A stretch of DNA of 64,000 bases. It comes from Chthoniobacterales bacterium. GTDB taxonomy: Bacteria; Verrucomicrobiota; Verrucomicrobiia; Chthoniobacterales; Chthoniobacteraceae. The notes beneath the pieces were generated by a model. It ran no database searches. It was not told the origin of the DNA and was given only the letters and a program-made list of their open reading frames with translations. The stretch spans positions 138,651-202,650 of the forward strand of contig JBBQZX010000007.1 in the NCBI GenBank assembly GCA_038207335.1. Direction: 5' to 3'. Made by a program: the position numbers and the translations under genes. Positions 47,015-56,603 of the stretch are shown here, in pieces. Position 1 is the first letter of the stretch. Every line of letters begins with the position of its first letter.

Positions 47015-47985
47015 CTCCACCGAAAGTCAGCGTCTCCATTACCGCTTACAATCACGCGCCTTTCATCCGCCAGGCTCTCGACGGCGTGCTCGCGCAGCGC
47101 ACCGATTTCCCCGTCGAAATCCTCGTCGGGGAGGACGCCTCCACCGACGGCACGCCCGACATCGTCCGCGACTACGCCGCCCGTTTCCCCGACCGCATCA
47201 CCTCGTTTTTCCACACGCCCGAGAGCAAACTCCGCATCCGCGGGCGCCTCACCGGTCGCAACAACCTCGCCCACAATCTCACCGTTGCGCAGGGCGAATT
47301 CATCGCCCTGCTCGACGGCGACGACTGCTGGACCGACGACACGAAACTCTCCCGCCAAGTCGCCCAACTCGAAGCCGACCCGACACTCGCCACCTCCTTC
47401 CACCAAGCCGCGATCATCGACGAATCCGGCGCACCGCTCGACCGCCCCTCCACGATCCGCGAGCTGAAAACCCGCTACACGCTAGAGGAAATGATCGCCG
47501 GGAAATTTGAGGCGCAAACCTGCACCGTCCTCTTCCGCCGCGCCGCGATCCAGCCGCTGCCCGCGTGGTTTTTTGAAGCACCCGTCGGCGACTTCGTGCT
47601 CCACACCATCAATGGCCACCGCGGCGACTTCGGCTTCATCGACCGCCCGATGGCCGCGTATCGCATCCACAGCGGCGGCATCTGGTCCGGTGGAAATGCA
47701 GGTGGCCAGCGCGGCCAGACGCCCGAGCAGCTACGCCGCGAGTGCCAGCGCTACGAGCTCATGGTCGATCTCTTCACATCGGTCGCCCGACACTCCACGG
47801 CCCCGCACCGCCGCGCTGCCCTCGCCCGGCTCGCGATGTTCGCCGCCCTCGCCGCGAAACGCCGCGCGTGGCTCCGCGACAAACCCGAACTCCGCCGCGA
47901 CCTCGCCGCCCTCTTGCACGCGCGCCACCTCCCACCCGAGCTGACTTTCACTGAGCTCGCCCGCCTCCTCGTCCGCGCCGTCTGA
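47011..47985 (+). CDS. GT2 glycosyltransferase
   Basis: VSVSITAYNH, EDASTDGT, ALLDGDDCW..KLSRQV, YRIHSGG. Confidence 0.92.
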   Translation: MTPPKVSVSITAYNHAPFIRQALDGVLAQRTDFPVEILVGEDASTDGTPDIVRDYAARFPDRITSFFHTPESKLRIRGRLTGRNNLAHNLTVAQGEFIALLDGDDCWTDDTKLSRQVAQLEADPTLATSFHQAAIIDESGAPLDRPSTIRELKTRYTLEEMIAGKFEAQTCTVLFRRAAIQPLPAWFFEAPVGDFVLHTINGHRGDFGFIDRPMAAYRIHSGGIWSGGNAGGQRGQTPEQLRRECQRYELMVDLFTSVARHSTAPHRRAALARLAMFAALAAKRRAWLRDKPELRRDLAALLHARHLPPELTFTELARLLVRAV

Positions 47986-48043
47986 GCCAAAACTTGCGAG
48001 TTGAGCGCCAGCCAAAAACCGCCCTCACTTGCTTCTTCGTGAG

Positions 48044-49228
48044 ATGAACACCGCACCCCTCGCCATCCTCGGCGCGCCGCCCGCCTTCGCCGAAAAACTC
48101 CACGTCGGGCGGCCGAATGTCGGCAGCCGCGACCGCTTCCTCCAGCTCGTCGGCGAAATCTTCGACCGCCGCTGGTTCACCAACAACGGCGAGTGCGTCC
48201 GCGAATTCGAGCGCCGCCTCTGCGCCCACCTCGGCGTGCGCCACTGCATCCCAGTCTGCAACGCCACCGTCGGCCTCGAAGTCGCCATCCGCGCCCTCGG
48301 CCTTCACGGCGAAGTCATCCTCCCATCGTTCACCTTCATCGCCACCGCCCACGCGCTCCAGTGGCAGGAAATCACGCCCGTCTTCGCCGACATCGACCCC
48401 GCCACGCACAATCTCGACCCCGCCGCCATCGAGCCGCTCATCACCGAGCGAACCACCGGCATCATCGGCGTCCATCTCTGGGGCCGTGCGTGCGACACCG
48501 CCGCGCTCGAGGAAATCGCACACCGCCGCGGCCTCCGCCTCCTCTTCGATGCCGCACACGCCTTCGGCTCCTCGCATCTTGGAAAAATGATCGGGCGCTT
48601 TGGCGACGCCGAAGTCTTCAGCTTTCACGCCACGAAATTCCTCAACACCTTTGAGGGCGGCGCCATCGCCACCGACAACGACGAACTCGCCGCGCGCATC
48701 CGGCTCATGATCAATTTCGGCTTCAACGGCCTGGACCGCGTCGTCCACATCGGCACCAACGCCAAAATGAGCGAAATCAGCGCCGCGATGGGCATCACCG
48801 GCCTCGAGCAAATCGACACCTTCATCGGTGCGAATCTCGCGCACCACCGCACCTGCGCGCGCGAGCTCGCCGGCATCCCCGGCCTCGCGCTCATCCCGCT
48901 CCCCTACGCGCCCGACCGCACAAACGCCCAATACATCATCCTCGAAATCGACGCCCCTGCATTCGGCCTCACCCGCGACCAGCTCCTCGCCGTCCTCCAC
49001 GCCGACCACGTCCTCGCGCGCCGCTACTTCTTCCCCGGCTGCCACCGCTCCGAACCCTACGCCACACTCTACCCCGGCACCGCCGCACGCCTCCCCGCTA
49101 CTGAACGCCTCAGCGAGCGCATCCTAGCCCTCCCCACCGGCACCGGCGTCACCGAGTCGGACGTCGTCCTCATGTGTAAAATCATCCGCACGGCCTGCGA
49201 GCGCGCCCCGGAAATCCGCGCGCTCTGA
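48044..49228 (+). CDS. DegT/DnrJ/VioA-type NDP-4-amino-6-deoxyhexose aminotransferase
   Basis: CNAT, FTFIAT, FDAAHAFG, SFHATKFLNTFEGG (PLP lysine), GTNAKMSE, RRYF. Confidence 0.92.
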   Translation: MNTAPLAILGAPPAFAEKLHVGRPNVGSRDRFLQLVGEIFDRRWFTNNGECVREFERRLCAHLGVRHCIPVCNATVGLEVAIRALGLHGEVILPSFTFIATAHALQWQEITPVFADIDPATHNLDPAAIEPLITERTTGIIGVHLWGRACDTAALEEIAHRRGLRLLFDAAHAFGSSHLGKMIGRFGDAEVFSFHATKFLNTFEGGAIATDNDELAARIRLMINFGFNGLDRVVHIGTNAKMSEISAAMGITGLEQIDTFIGANLAHHRTCARELAGIPGLALIPLPYAPDRTNAQYIILEIDAPAFGLTRDQLLAVLHADHVLARRYFFPGCHRSEPYATLYPGTAARLPATERLSERILALPTGTGVTESDVVLMCKIIRTACERAPEIRAL

Positions 49229-49238
49229 CGCCTTCCGC

Positions 49239-49260
49239 CGGGATTAACGATCCCGCCTAC
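49239..49260 (-). repeat. GTAG-type REP-like palindrome
   Basis: Minus strand GTAGG-CGGGAT-CGTTA-ATCCCG, nested in an outer TCCGCCG/CGGCGGA stem. Confidence 0.45.
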
Positions 49261-49357
49261 AAAATGCGGCGGATAGCGCGTTGAAGACGGATTGGCCACA
49301 CGCCGTCGCGATTTCTTCTTCTTCGCTGCTTCGCTGCTTCGCAGTAAAAGAACACCG

Positions 49358-51247
49358 ATGGGTACCAAACAAATCTCACGCAAGGACATCGCGAAGATGT
49401 CTTTCGGCGAGTTCCTGCGCGCGAGCCGAGAACCGTATCGCCGGCTTTTTTCGTACCTGAAGCCGTATCGCTTTCGCTTCGGGCTCGGGATTCTTTTTGG
49501 GGCGCTTTTCGGCGCGGTGCAGGCGCTGCTCATTTTCGATGTGCGGTTCGTGGCGGGCGCGGTTTTCTCAGAGGGAAAAGTGAAGGTGAGCGAGAAGGTG
49601 CTGCGCTGGTTTCCGCAGCTCGCGGACTTGAATATCGGCAACGGCTTTTGGGCGCTGGTGCTGATTTGCGCGAGCATCCCGGCGATCATGCTGCTGCGCG
49701 GTTTGTGCAGTTACTTGAACAGCTATTTCATGCTCTGGGTGAGCGTGCGCGTGCTGGACGACATCCGCACGCAGGCCTTTCGCCACGCGCTGAATCAGTC
49801 GATGGAGTTCTTCAATAAATCGAAGGCGGGCGAGCTGGTGCAGACGGTTTTCAATCAGACGCGGATGGCGCAGCAGGCGCTGACGACCGTGTCGGGCGAT
49901 CTCGTGAAGCAGCCGATTTCGATCCTCACGGCTCTCGGGACTTTGTTCTACCTCGACTGGCGTTTCACGCTGATGTCGTTCGTGATTTTCCCGCTGTGCA
50001 TCGTGCCGGTGGTGATCGTGAGCAAAAAAGTGCGCAAGGCCGGGACGCGCGAGGAGGAGGAGGCGGGGATGCTGATGGTCATCATGCACGAGGCCTTTGC
50101 CGGCGTGCGGGTGGTGAAAACGCACGCGCGCGAGGATTACGAATCGGCGCGGTTCAATGTGGCGAATCGGCAGATCATGCAGTTCATCATGCGCTGGCGG
50201 AAGGCGATGGAAATGAGCGGGCCGCTGGTGGAGACGATCGCGTCGCTCGGGGTCGCGGCGGCGCTTTTGTGGGCTTGGTATTACAAGCTGGGGTTCGAGA
50301 ATTTCATCGCGCTGACCGGCGGGCTGATGCTGCTTTACCCGGCCTTCAAGGCGCTGAGCCGCATCTATCTCACGATGCAAAAGTGCCTCGCCTCGACGAC
50401 GAAAGTCTTCGAGTTGCTCGACCGGAAACCGGCGATCGAGGACGCGCTGGGAGCGCCGGATTTGCGCGAGGTGAAAGGGGAGATCGTGTTTGAAAATGTG
50501 ACCTTTGGGTACGGCGGGGATCGCGTGGCGGTGAGCGGGATCGAGTTGAAAATCCCGGCTGGCGGGACATGCGCGCTGGTGGGTGCGAGCGGGGCGGGGA
50601 AGAGCACGCTGCTGGCGCTGCTGCAGCGGCTGTATGAGCCGCAGAAGGGCGCGATTTTCATCGATGGGCAGGATATCCGCGCGGTGACGCAGGCGTCGCT
50701 GCGGGAGCATGTGGCGACGGTGAGCCAGGACATTTTTCTTTTCCACGACACGATCGAAAACAACATCCGATACGGGCGGCTGGATGCGACGCTAGCCGAG
50801 GTGCAGGAGGCCGCACGGCAGGCTTACGCGCACGATTTTATCCTGGAGCAGCCGAATGGATACGGGACGGTGATCGGCGACAAAGGTTGCCTGCTGAGCG
50901 GCGGGCAGCAGCAGCGGATTTCGATCGCGCGGGCGCTACTGAAAAATGCGCCGATCCTGCTGCTGGATGAGGCGACGAGTGCGCTGGACAGCGAGAGCGA
51001 AAAGCAAATTCAGGCGGCGCTGGAGACGCTGTCGAGCGGACGCACGGTGATCGCGATCGCGCATCGGCTCTCCACGATTTTGAAGGCGGATCAGATCGTG
51101 GTGATGGAGGGTGGGGCGATCAAGGAGGTGGGGACGCATCAGGCGCTTTTCGAGCAGAGCGGGTATTACCGGCGGCTGTATGATTTGCAGTTCAACCGGC
51201 ATCCGGGCGAAGAAGTGCCGATGGCTGAAATGGCGGCTGTCGGATGA
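49358..51247 (+). CDS. msbA: MsbA-like ABC exporter (TMD plus NBD)
   Basis: TMD followed by [51 protein letters not shown]. Confidence 0.85.
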   Translation: MGTKQISRKDIAKMSFGEFLRASREPYRRLFSYLKPYRFRFGLGILFGALFGAVQALLIFDVRFVAGAVFSEGKVKVSEKVLRWFPQLADLNIGNGFWALVLICASIPAIMLLRGLCSYLNSYFMLWVSVRVLDDIRTQAFRHALNQSMEFFNKSKAGELVQTVFNQTRMAQQALTTVSGDLVKQPISILTALGTLFYLDWRFTLMSFVIFPLCIVPVVIVSKKVRKAGTREEEEAGMLMVIMHEAFAGVRVVKTHAREDYESARFNVANRQIMQFIMRWRKAMEMSGPLVETIASLGVAAALLWAWYYKLGFENFIALTGGLMLLYPAFKALSRIYLTMQKCLASTTKVFELLDRKPAIEDALGAPDLREVKGEIVFENVTFGYGGDRVAVSGIELKIPAGGTCALVGASGAGKSTLLALLQRLYEPQKGAIFIDGQDIRAVTQASLREHVATVSQDIFLFHDTIENNIRYGRLDATLAEVQEAARQAYAHDFILEQPNGYGTVIGDKGCLLSGGQQQRISIARALLKNAPILLLDEATSALDSESEKQIQAALETLSSGRTVIAIAHRLSTILKADQIVVMEGGAIKEVGTHQALFEQSGYYRRLYDLQFNRHPGEEVPMAEMAAVG

Positions 51248-51300
51248 GGCGTGCCTTTTTCGTGGATAAATCGCGCGATTCAGGCGTTGATTTTGGTGCT

Positions 51301-51789
51301 GTGAAAAAACTCCTCGCGCTCCTCATTGCCGTCCCTGTCATTGCCTCCGCGCAGGAGGCTGCGAACACGATCAAGGTCACGACGAAGCTACGGCCCGATG
51401 GCTCAACGGCGTCGCGGATCGTGGACCCGGATAAGCACACAATCGAGGAGTCGATCAAGGATCAGTCGGGGAGGATCCTGTCGAAGACGGTCTTCACGAC
51501 GGACGAGCGCGGGATTTCGGTGGGGGCGACGCACTTCGACGCGAAGGGGAACGTGCGATACAAGGAGGTGTATCAACTCGATCTCGGCGACCGGATTGCG
51601 TCGTCTTCGCTACTGTCGGCGACGGGTCAGCCGCTGGGAAAGCGGGTGTTCAATTACGACTCGAAAGGCAACGCGCGAGTCGAAGACTACGACGCGAGTG
51701 GGAATCTGATCTCGCGGCCGACGGCGGCGAATCAGAGCCGCGGACGCCCGGACAAGCCCACGATACGCCGGGCGATCCCGGTGCGCTGA
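51301..51789 (+). CDS. Secreted protein with YD-like beta-hairpin repeats
   Basis: GTG start, signal KKLLALLIAVPVIASA; repeats DERG, FDAKGN, YDSKGN, YDASGN. Confidence 0.7.
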   Translation: MKKLLALLIAVPVIASAQEAANTIKVTTKLRPDGSTASRIVDPDKHTIEESIKDQSGRILSKTVFTTDERGISVGATHFDAKGNVRYKEVYQLDLGDRIASSSLLSATGQPLGKRVFNYDSKGNARVEDYDASGNLISRPTAANQSRGRPDKPTIRRAIPVR

Positions 51790-52381
51790 AGCACTTCGGC
51801 TCTCACTAATTCGCGGGCGGCGACTGGCGGAGCGCCTCGCGGAATTGCGAGTAGAGCGCGTTGAGAAATTTGCGCAATTCCGCGCTGCGAGCCGCACACT
51901 CGACCTTCGGGCGCGCCTTGAGAATTTGCGCGCTGCTCGTCGCCTGGCTCTTGAGTTCCGCGCGCTGGGATTCTTCGCGAGCAAACTGCGGCCTGCTCAT
52001 CTAGTAGTTGCGCCGGGCTTCGAGCGCCTGACTGCTCACACCCGTTCGCGCATCCGCCTCCACCGTGCGCAAGCCGTAACGGACGAGCGTCTGGTTTCGC
52101 TCTTCAATCCTGACGAGCATCTCGAACTTCGCTTTTCAAAAGCAGCCCCCGGAGAGCACCGCGCTGTCGGTGCCGACATTGGAGGCGACAGCGCACGCCT
52201 CATTTCGAGGCTGACCGTGATCGGACGGCCCACGGCGTGGGTGCTGGACATTAACTCCAACGTCAACCCGGCTTGCGGAGCGACTATGACGGTTTGCCTC
52301 CACTGCGGCAGCCTGCCCTTAGCATTCGCCTAAATACGAATAGGCGAGGCGCGGAAAGTGCATGATTATTTCCCCGGCCCA

Positions 52382-54964
52382 ATGAACTGCTTGCGACTCC
52401 CCGCCTTGATCTGTTTCGCAGCGCTTATGTTTCCCGCCAGCCGCGCGCTGGCGCTCGACGCGAATGGCAACGGTCTCAACGACGTTTGGGAGCTCATCTT
52501 CAATGCGGGTGCGCTTTCCGCCAATGGCGATGCTGATGGCGACGGTGCGACCAATGCCGCGGAGAGTCTCGCCGGGACGAACCCTTTCGACGCGACTTCG
52601 CGACCGCTGCTGCGCGTAGCTCCGTGGTCGGCGGCGCAGTTGCAGCTCAGCTATGACAGCGTCGCGGGGAAGCGGTATCGGGTCGAGGCGAAGACCGATC
52701 TCACTCTGCCGCAGTGGACGCCGGAATTTGTGAAAGTCGCGCCGGGTTCCGAAAATGTGAGCCTGCTTTTTGCGGCGGCGGGCGGCGCAAAATTTTGGCG
52801 ACTGGCGATCGACGATGTGGACAGCGACGGCGACGGCCTGCTCGATGCGGAGGAGCGCTGGCTCGCTCTGGACCCGGCGACGCCGCGCACCGACCGCAGC
52901 GACTCGACCGATCTCGCCCGCGTGACCGCAGGGCTCAACGCTGCCAGCACCGTGACGCTCGGCGTGCTCGATCCACGCATGAGCGAGCGCTGGCCCGACC
53001 CGGCGATGCTCGTGGTGCGACGCAGCGGGGGACTGAAGCCGCTCACGGTGAATGTGACTTTCGCCGGCACGGCGACGCGCGGAATCGACTACGCCGCGAG
53101 CATTCCCGGAAGCGCGGTTTTCATCCCAGCCGGAGTGCGTGAGGTGCCGCTCCTGCTCGCACCGATCGCCGATACGGACGACGCCGAGCCTGCGGAAACC
53201 ATCATCGTTTCACTTCAAAATGGCGCGGGCTATACGCTCGGCGCGACGACTTCGGGAACCGTGACGTTGGAGAATGAAACGGCCACGAGCCCGCCGTCTG
53301 CCAAAGCGGCGGCGCGGTTTCTCATCCAGGCGGCGTTCGGGCCGGATCAAGATTCCGACGGGGACGGCATTCCGCAGAATATCGGTGATTTGATGACGAC
53401 GAGCTTCGCGGTGTGGATCGACGATCAGTTCACGCGTCCCGCCGGGCTCATTCAGCCGTGGGTCGATTGGGCTGCGGTGAATGCGCAGAGTGCCCAGCTC
53501 TACGGAAACTGGAAGGAGTTCGCATGGTGGAGCCGCGCGATGGGTGCTCCGAAGCTCCGTCCCGACGCCCCGACGACCGTCGAGCCCGATCCGCTCCGGC
53601 AGCGCGTCGCCTTTGCTCTCAGCGAGGTCATCGTCGTCTCCGACCGGCCCGAAGCCATCGCGGTGGAGCAGCGTGGGATGGCAAATTTCTACGACTTGTT
53701 CGAAACGCACGCGTTTGGGAACTACCGCGATCTTTTGCAAGCCGTCGCGCGGCATCCGGTGATGGGCATTTACCTCAGCCATCTCGGTAACCAAAAGGCG
53801 AACCCGGCGGCGAACGTCTTCCCCGACGAGAATTTCGCCCGTGAGATCATGCAGCTCTTCAGCATCGGCCTGTGGATGCTGAATCCCGACGGCACCCGCC
53901 AGCTCAACGCGCAGGGCCAGCCGATTCCGACTTACAACAACGGCGACATCACCGAACTCGCACGTGTTTTCACCGGCCTCTCGTTTGGCAACAACGTGAA
54001 CTTCGACCTGTATCCGCGCGACTTCACCGTGCCGATGAAGGGCTGGGACGCGTACCACGATCTCGGCGCGAAGACGCTGCTCGGCGGCCTCGCGCTGCCC
54101 GCGCGCACTGCGAGCCCCGGCAACACGGGCACCGCGACGATGGCCGACGTGACCGCCGCCGTGGACAATCTTTTCAATCACCAAAACGTCGGCCCGTTCC
54201 TCGCGCTGCGGCTCATCCAGCGGTTCGTCACGTCGAATCCCAGCCCGGCTTACATCGGGCGCGTCGCGGCTAAATTTTCGGACAACGGCAGCGGCGTGCG
54301 CGGCGACATGCAGGCAGTCGTGAAGGCCGTGCTGCTCGATCCCGAGGCGCGCGATCCGGCGATGATGTCGCAGCCGACGTGGGGAAAACTGCGCGAGCCA
54401 TTTCTGCGCTGCGTAAATTTCGCTCGGGCCTTCAACGCGTCGTCCACCTCCGGTCATTACGCGCTCGATCAATTCTCACTCGCACACGCGCAGGACCCGA
54501 TGAATGCGCCCAGCGTCTTCAACTTTTTCCTGCCCACGCACAGCCCCGCCGGGCCGGTCACTCAGATGGGCCTCGTCGCGCCGGAGTTCCAAATCGTCAA
54601 CGCCTCCACCGCGATTTCGGGTGCCAACTACTTTTGGAATCACACGTTGAGCGACCTGCATTTCTACGGCACCGGCACGCCAGCCTACGCCGTGCGGCTG
54701 AATCTCGACGCCGAACTCGCGCTCATCGTCCCCGCGGCGCAAATCGCGCAAAACGTGCCCGCCGGCCCCGCGCTCGATCCCGACCCGCTGCTGCGCCGCC
54801 TCGACCTCGCGCTCACCGGCGGCACGCTCACGCCGGCAAATTTCCAGATCATCCGCGAGGCCATGCTCCGCATCAACGCACCGACCTGGCAGTGGCACCG
54901 CGAACGCCTGCGCCTCGCCATCTATCTCATCACCACCTCCGCCGACTTCAACGTGCTCCGCTGA
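52382..54964 (+). CDS. DUF1800 family protein with Asp-rich repeats and a Calx-beta-like domain
   Basis: Signal peptide; DANGNG/DADGDG/DSDGDG; AARFLIQAAFG, LRQRVAFALSE, MGIYL, DENFAREIMQLFSIGL, KLREP, APSVFNFF. Confidence 0.9.
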   Translation: MNCLRLPALICFAALMFPASRALALDANGNGLNDVWELIFNAGALSANGDADGDGATNAAESLAGTNPFDATSRPLLRVAPWSAAQLQLSYDSVAGKRYRVEAKTDLTLPQWTPEFVKVAPGSENVSLLFAAAGGAKFWRLAIDDVDSDGDGLLDAEERWLALDPATPRTDRSDSTDLARVTAGLNAASTVTLGVLDPRMSERWPDPAMLVVRRSGGLKPLTVNVTFAGTATRGIDYAASIPGSAVFIPAGVREVPLLLAPIADTDDAEPAETIIVSLQNGAGYTLGATTSGTVTLENETATSPPSAKAAARFLIQAAFGPDQDSDGDGIPQNIGDLMTTSFAVWIDDQFTRPAGLIQPWVDWAAVNAQSAQLYGNWKEFAWWSRAMGAPKLRPDAPTTVEPDPLRQRVAFALSEVIVVSDRPEAIAVEQRGMANFYDLFETHAFGNYRDLLQAVARHPVMGIYLSHLGNQKANPAANVFPDENFAREIMQLFSIGLWMLNPDGTRQLNAQGQPIPTYNNGDITELARVFTGLSFGNNVNFDLYPRDFTVPMKGWDAYHDLGAKTLLGGLALPARTASPGNTGTATMADVTAAVDNLFNHQNVGPFLALRLIQRFVTSNPSPAYIGRVAAKFSDNGSGVRGDMQAVVKAVLLDPEARDPAMMSQPTWGKLREPFLRCVNFARAFNASSTSGHYALDQFSLAHAQDPMNAPSVFNFFLPTHSPAGPVTQMGLVAPEFQIVNASTAISGANYFWNHTLSDLHFYGTGTPAYAVRLNLDAELALIVPAAQIAQNVPAGPALDPDPLLRRLDLALTGGTLTPANFQIIREAMLRINAPTWQWHRERLRLAIYLITTSADFNVLR

Positions 54965-54965
54965 T

Positions 54966-56381
54966 ATGAATTCACCCCTCTCTCGCCGCCGCTTTCTCGG
55001 CCAGGCCAGTTGCGCCGCGGTCAGCTCCATCCCGATCCTCAGCACGCTGCTGAATCTCCGGCTCGCGCAGGATGTCGCCGCCGTCACCGTCCCCGCAACG
55101 AGCGAATATCGCGCGCTGGTGTGCCTCTTTCTCTCCGGCGGAAACGACTCGTTCAACATGCTCGTGCCGCGCGATCCCGCGGCCTACGCGACCTACCAGA
55201 CCAGCCGCTCGAACCTCGCGCTCACGCCGGCGCAACTCATCGACATCCATCCCATCGGGCTGCCCGACTACGCCGTGCATGGCGGGATGCCGGAGATCGC
55301 CGCTCTTTTTGAAAATGGAAAAGCCGCCTTCGTCGCGAACGTCGGCACGCTCATCGAGCCGGTGCAAAATCGCGCGCAGGTCGCGCAGAATCTCAAGCGG
55401 CTGCCGCTTGGCCTGTATTCGCACAGCGACCAGATCGAGCAGTGGCAGACCAGCGTGCCGCATGCGCGGAGTGGCATCGGATGGGGCGGGCGCATGGTTG
55501 ATCTCATCAAGGATCTCAACGCGAGCCAGATCGTACCGATGCAGATTTCGCTCGATGGCAGCAACGTCTGGCAGACCGGAAACACCGTCGCCGAATACGC
55601 GATCACGCCCGCCGGGGCGACCGCGCTCGCGGGCTACGGCGCGGATTGGGTGCAATATCAGGATGTGCAAAATGCAATGAGCGCCGCCGTGGACAGCCAG
55701 CTCACGCAGCAATACACGAACGTGCTCGCGCAGACCTTCAACACGCGGAAGAAGCAGGCGCTCGATGCGTATCAATCCTTCGCCGCCGCGAGCGCGCCGC
55801 CGCTGCCGGCGGGCGTCACTTTTCCAAACAGCTACGTCGGCTCGCGCCTCGCGATGATCGCCCGCGCGATCCAAGGCCGGGCCGCGCTCGGAGCCGTGCG
55901 GCAGACGTTCTTCGTGCAATGGGGCGGCTGGGATCATCACGACGACGTGCTGAATAATCAGGCCGCGATGCTCCCGCAGATCAGCGCGGCCATCGGCGCT
56001 TTTCAAGACGCGCTGACGGCGCTAGGCGTGGCGGACAAAGTCACGCTTTTCACCGCTTCCGACTTTGGCCGCACGCTCACCAGCAACAGCCGCGGGTCCG
56101 ATCACGCATGGGGCAGCAACCAGCTCGTCGTCGGCGGCGCGGTGCAGGGCAAGCGCATCTTCGGCCAGTATCCGTCGCTCGCGATCAATCCCGCCAGCGG
56201 CCCCGAGGTGAACCCGCTCGATACCGGCCGCGGGCGTTTCATCCCGACAACGAGCTGCGACGAGTTCTTCGCCGAACTAGCGCTCTGGCTCGGCGTGAGC
56301 CAGAGCGATCTCCCGCTCGTGCTGCCGAATATCGGCAACTTTCACACCGGCAGCGGTGCACCGATCGGCTTCATGGCATGA
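54966..56381 (+). CDS. DUF1501 family Tat-exported protein
   Basis: SRRRFLG; YRALVCLFLSGGNDSFN, LYSHSDQ, GGWDHH, SDFGRT, GSDHAWG, GRFIPT. Confidence 0.92.
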   Translation: MNSPLSRRRFLGQASCAAVSSIPILSTLLNLRLAQDVAAVTVPATSEYRALVCLFLSGGNDSFNMLVPRDPAAYATYQTSRSNLALTPAQLIDIHPIGLPDYAVHGGMPEIAALFENGKAAFVANVGTLIEPVQNRAQVAQNLKRLPLGLYSHSDQIEQWQTSVPHARSGIGWGGRMVDLIKDLNASQIVPMQISLDGSNVWQTGNTVAEYAITPAGATALAGYGADWVQYQDVQNAMSAAVDSQLTQQYTNVLAQTFNTRKKQALDAYQSFAAASAPPLPAGVTFPNSYVGSRLAMIARAIQGRAALGAVRQTFFVQWGGWDHHDDVLNNQAAMLPQISAAIGAFQDALTALGVADKVTLFTASDFGRTLTSNSRGSDHAWGSNQLVVGGAVQGKRIFGQYPSLAINPASGPEVNPLDTGRGRFIPTTSCDEFFAELALWLGVSQSDLPLVLPNIGNFHTGSGAPIGFMA

Positions 56382-56400
56382 CCAGTCCGCGCCTGGCATA

Positions 56401-56493
56401 CAAGGAGCTGCGTGCGTACCGCCGCCGACCCACTGGCATCGCGGAATCCGCCGCCATATGTTCGGTAGGCGCCGAGACGCACGTCGCTCCTTG
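56401..56493. repeat. 93-nt irregular intergenic hairpin
   Basis: CAAGGAGCTGCGTGCGT (56401-56417) pairs with ACGCACGTCGCTCCTTG (56477-56493), 15/17; inner stems CGCCGACC/GGTAGGCG and GCGGA/TCCGC. Confidence 0.6.
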
Positions 56494-56603
56494 GCAGACC
56501 CGTTTTCGGCGACAGCGTAACTTTAAACCGCTCTAATCATCGAAGACGAACACCCGACAAACGGGAAGACAGCTCGGCATGCCTTCGCCTTGCCGAAAAG
56601 ACC

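Noticed and set aside
51806..52333. Small ORFs 51806..52000 (-), 52036..52266 (-) and 51845..52333 (+)
   Set aside because: No recognisable motifs and mutually incompatible frames; may be a decayed gene but cannot be supported.
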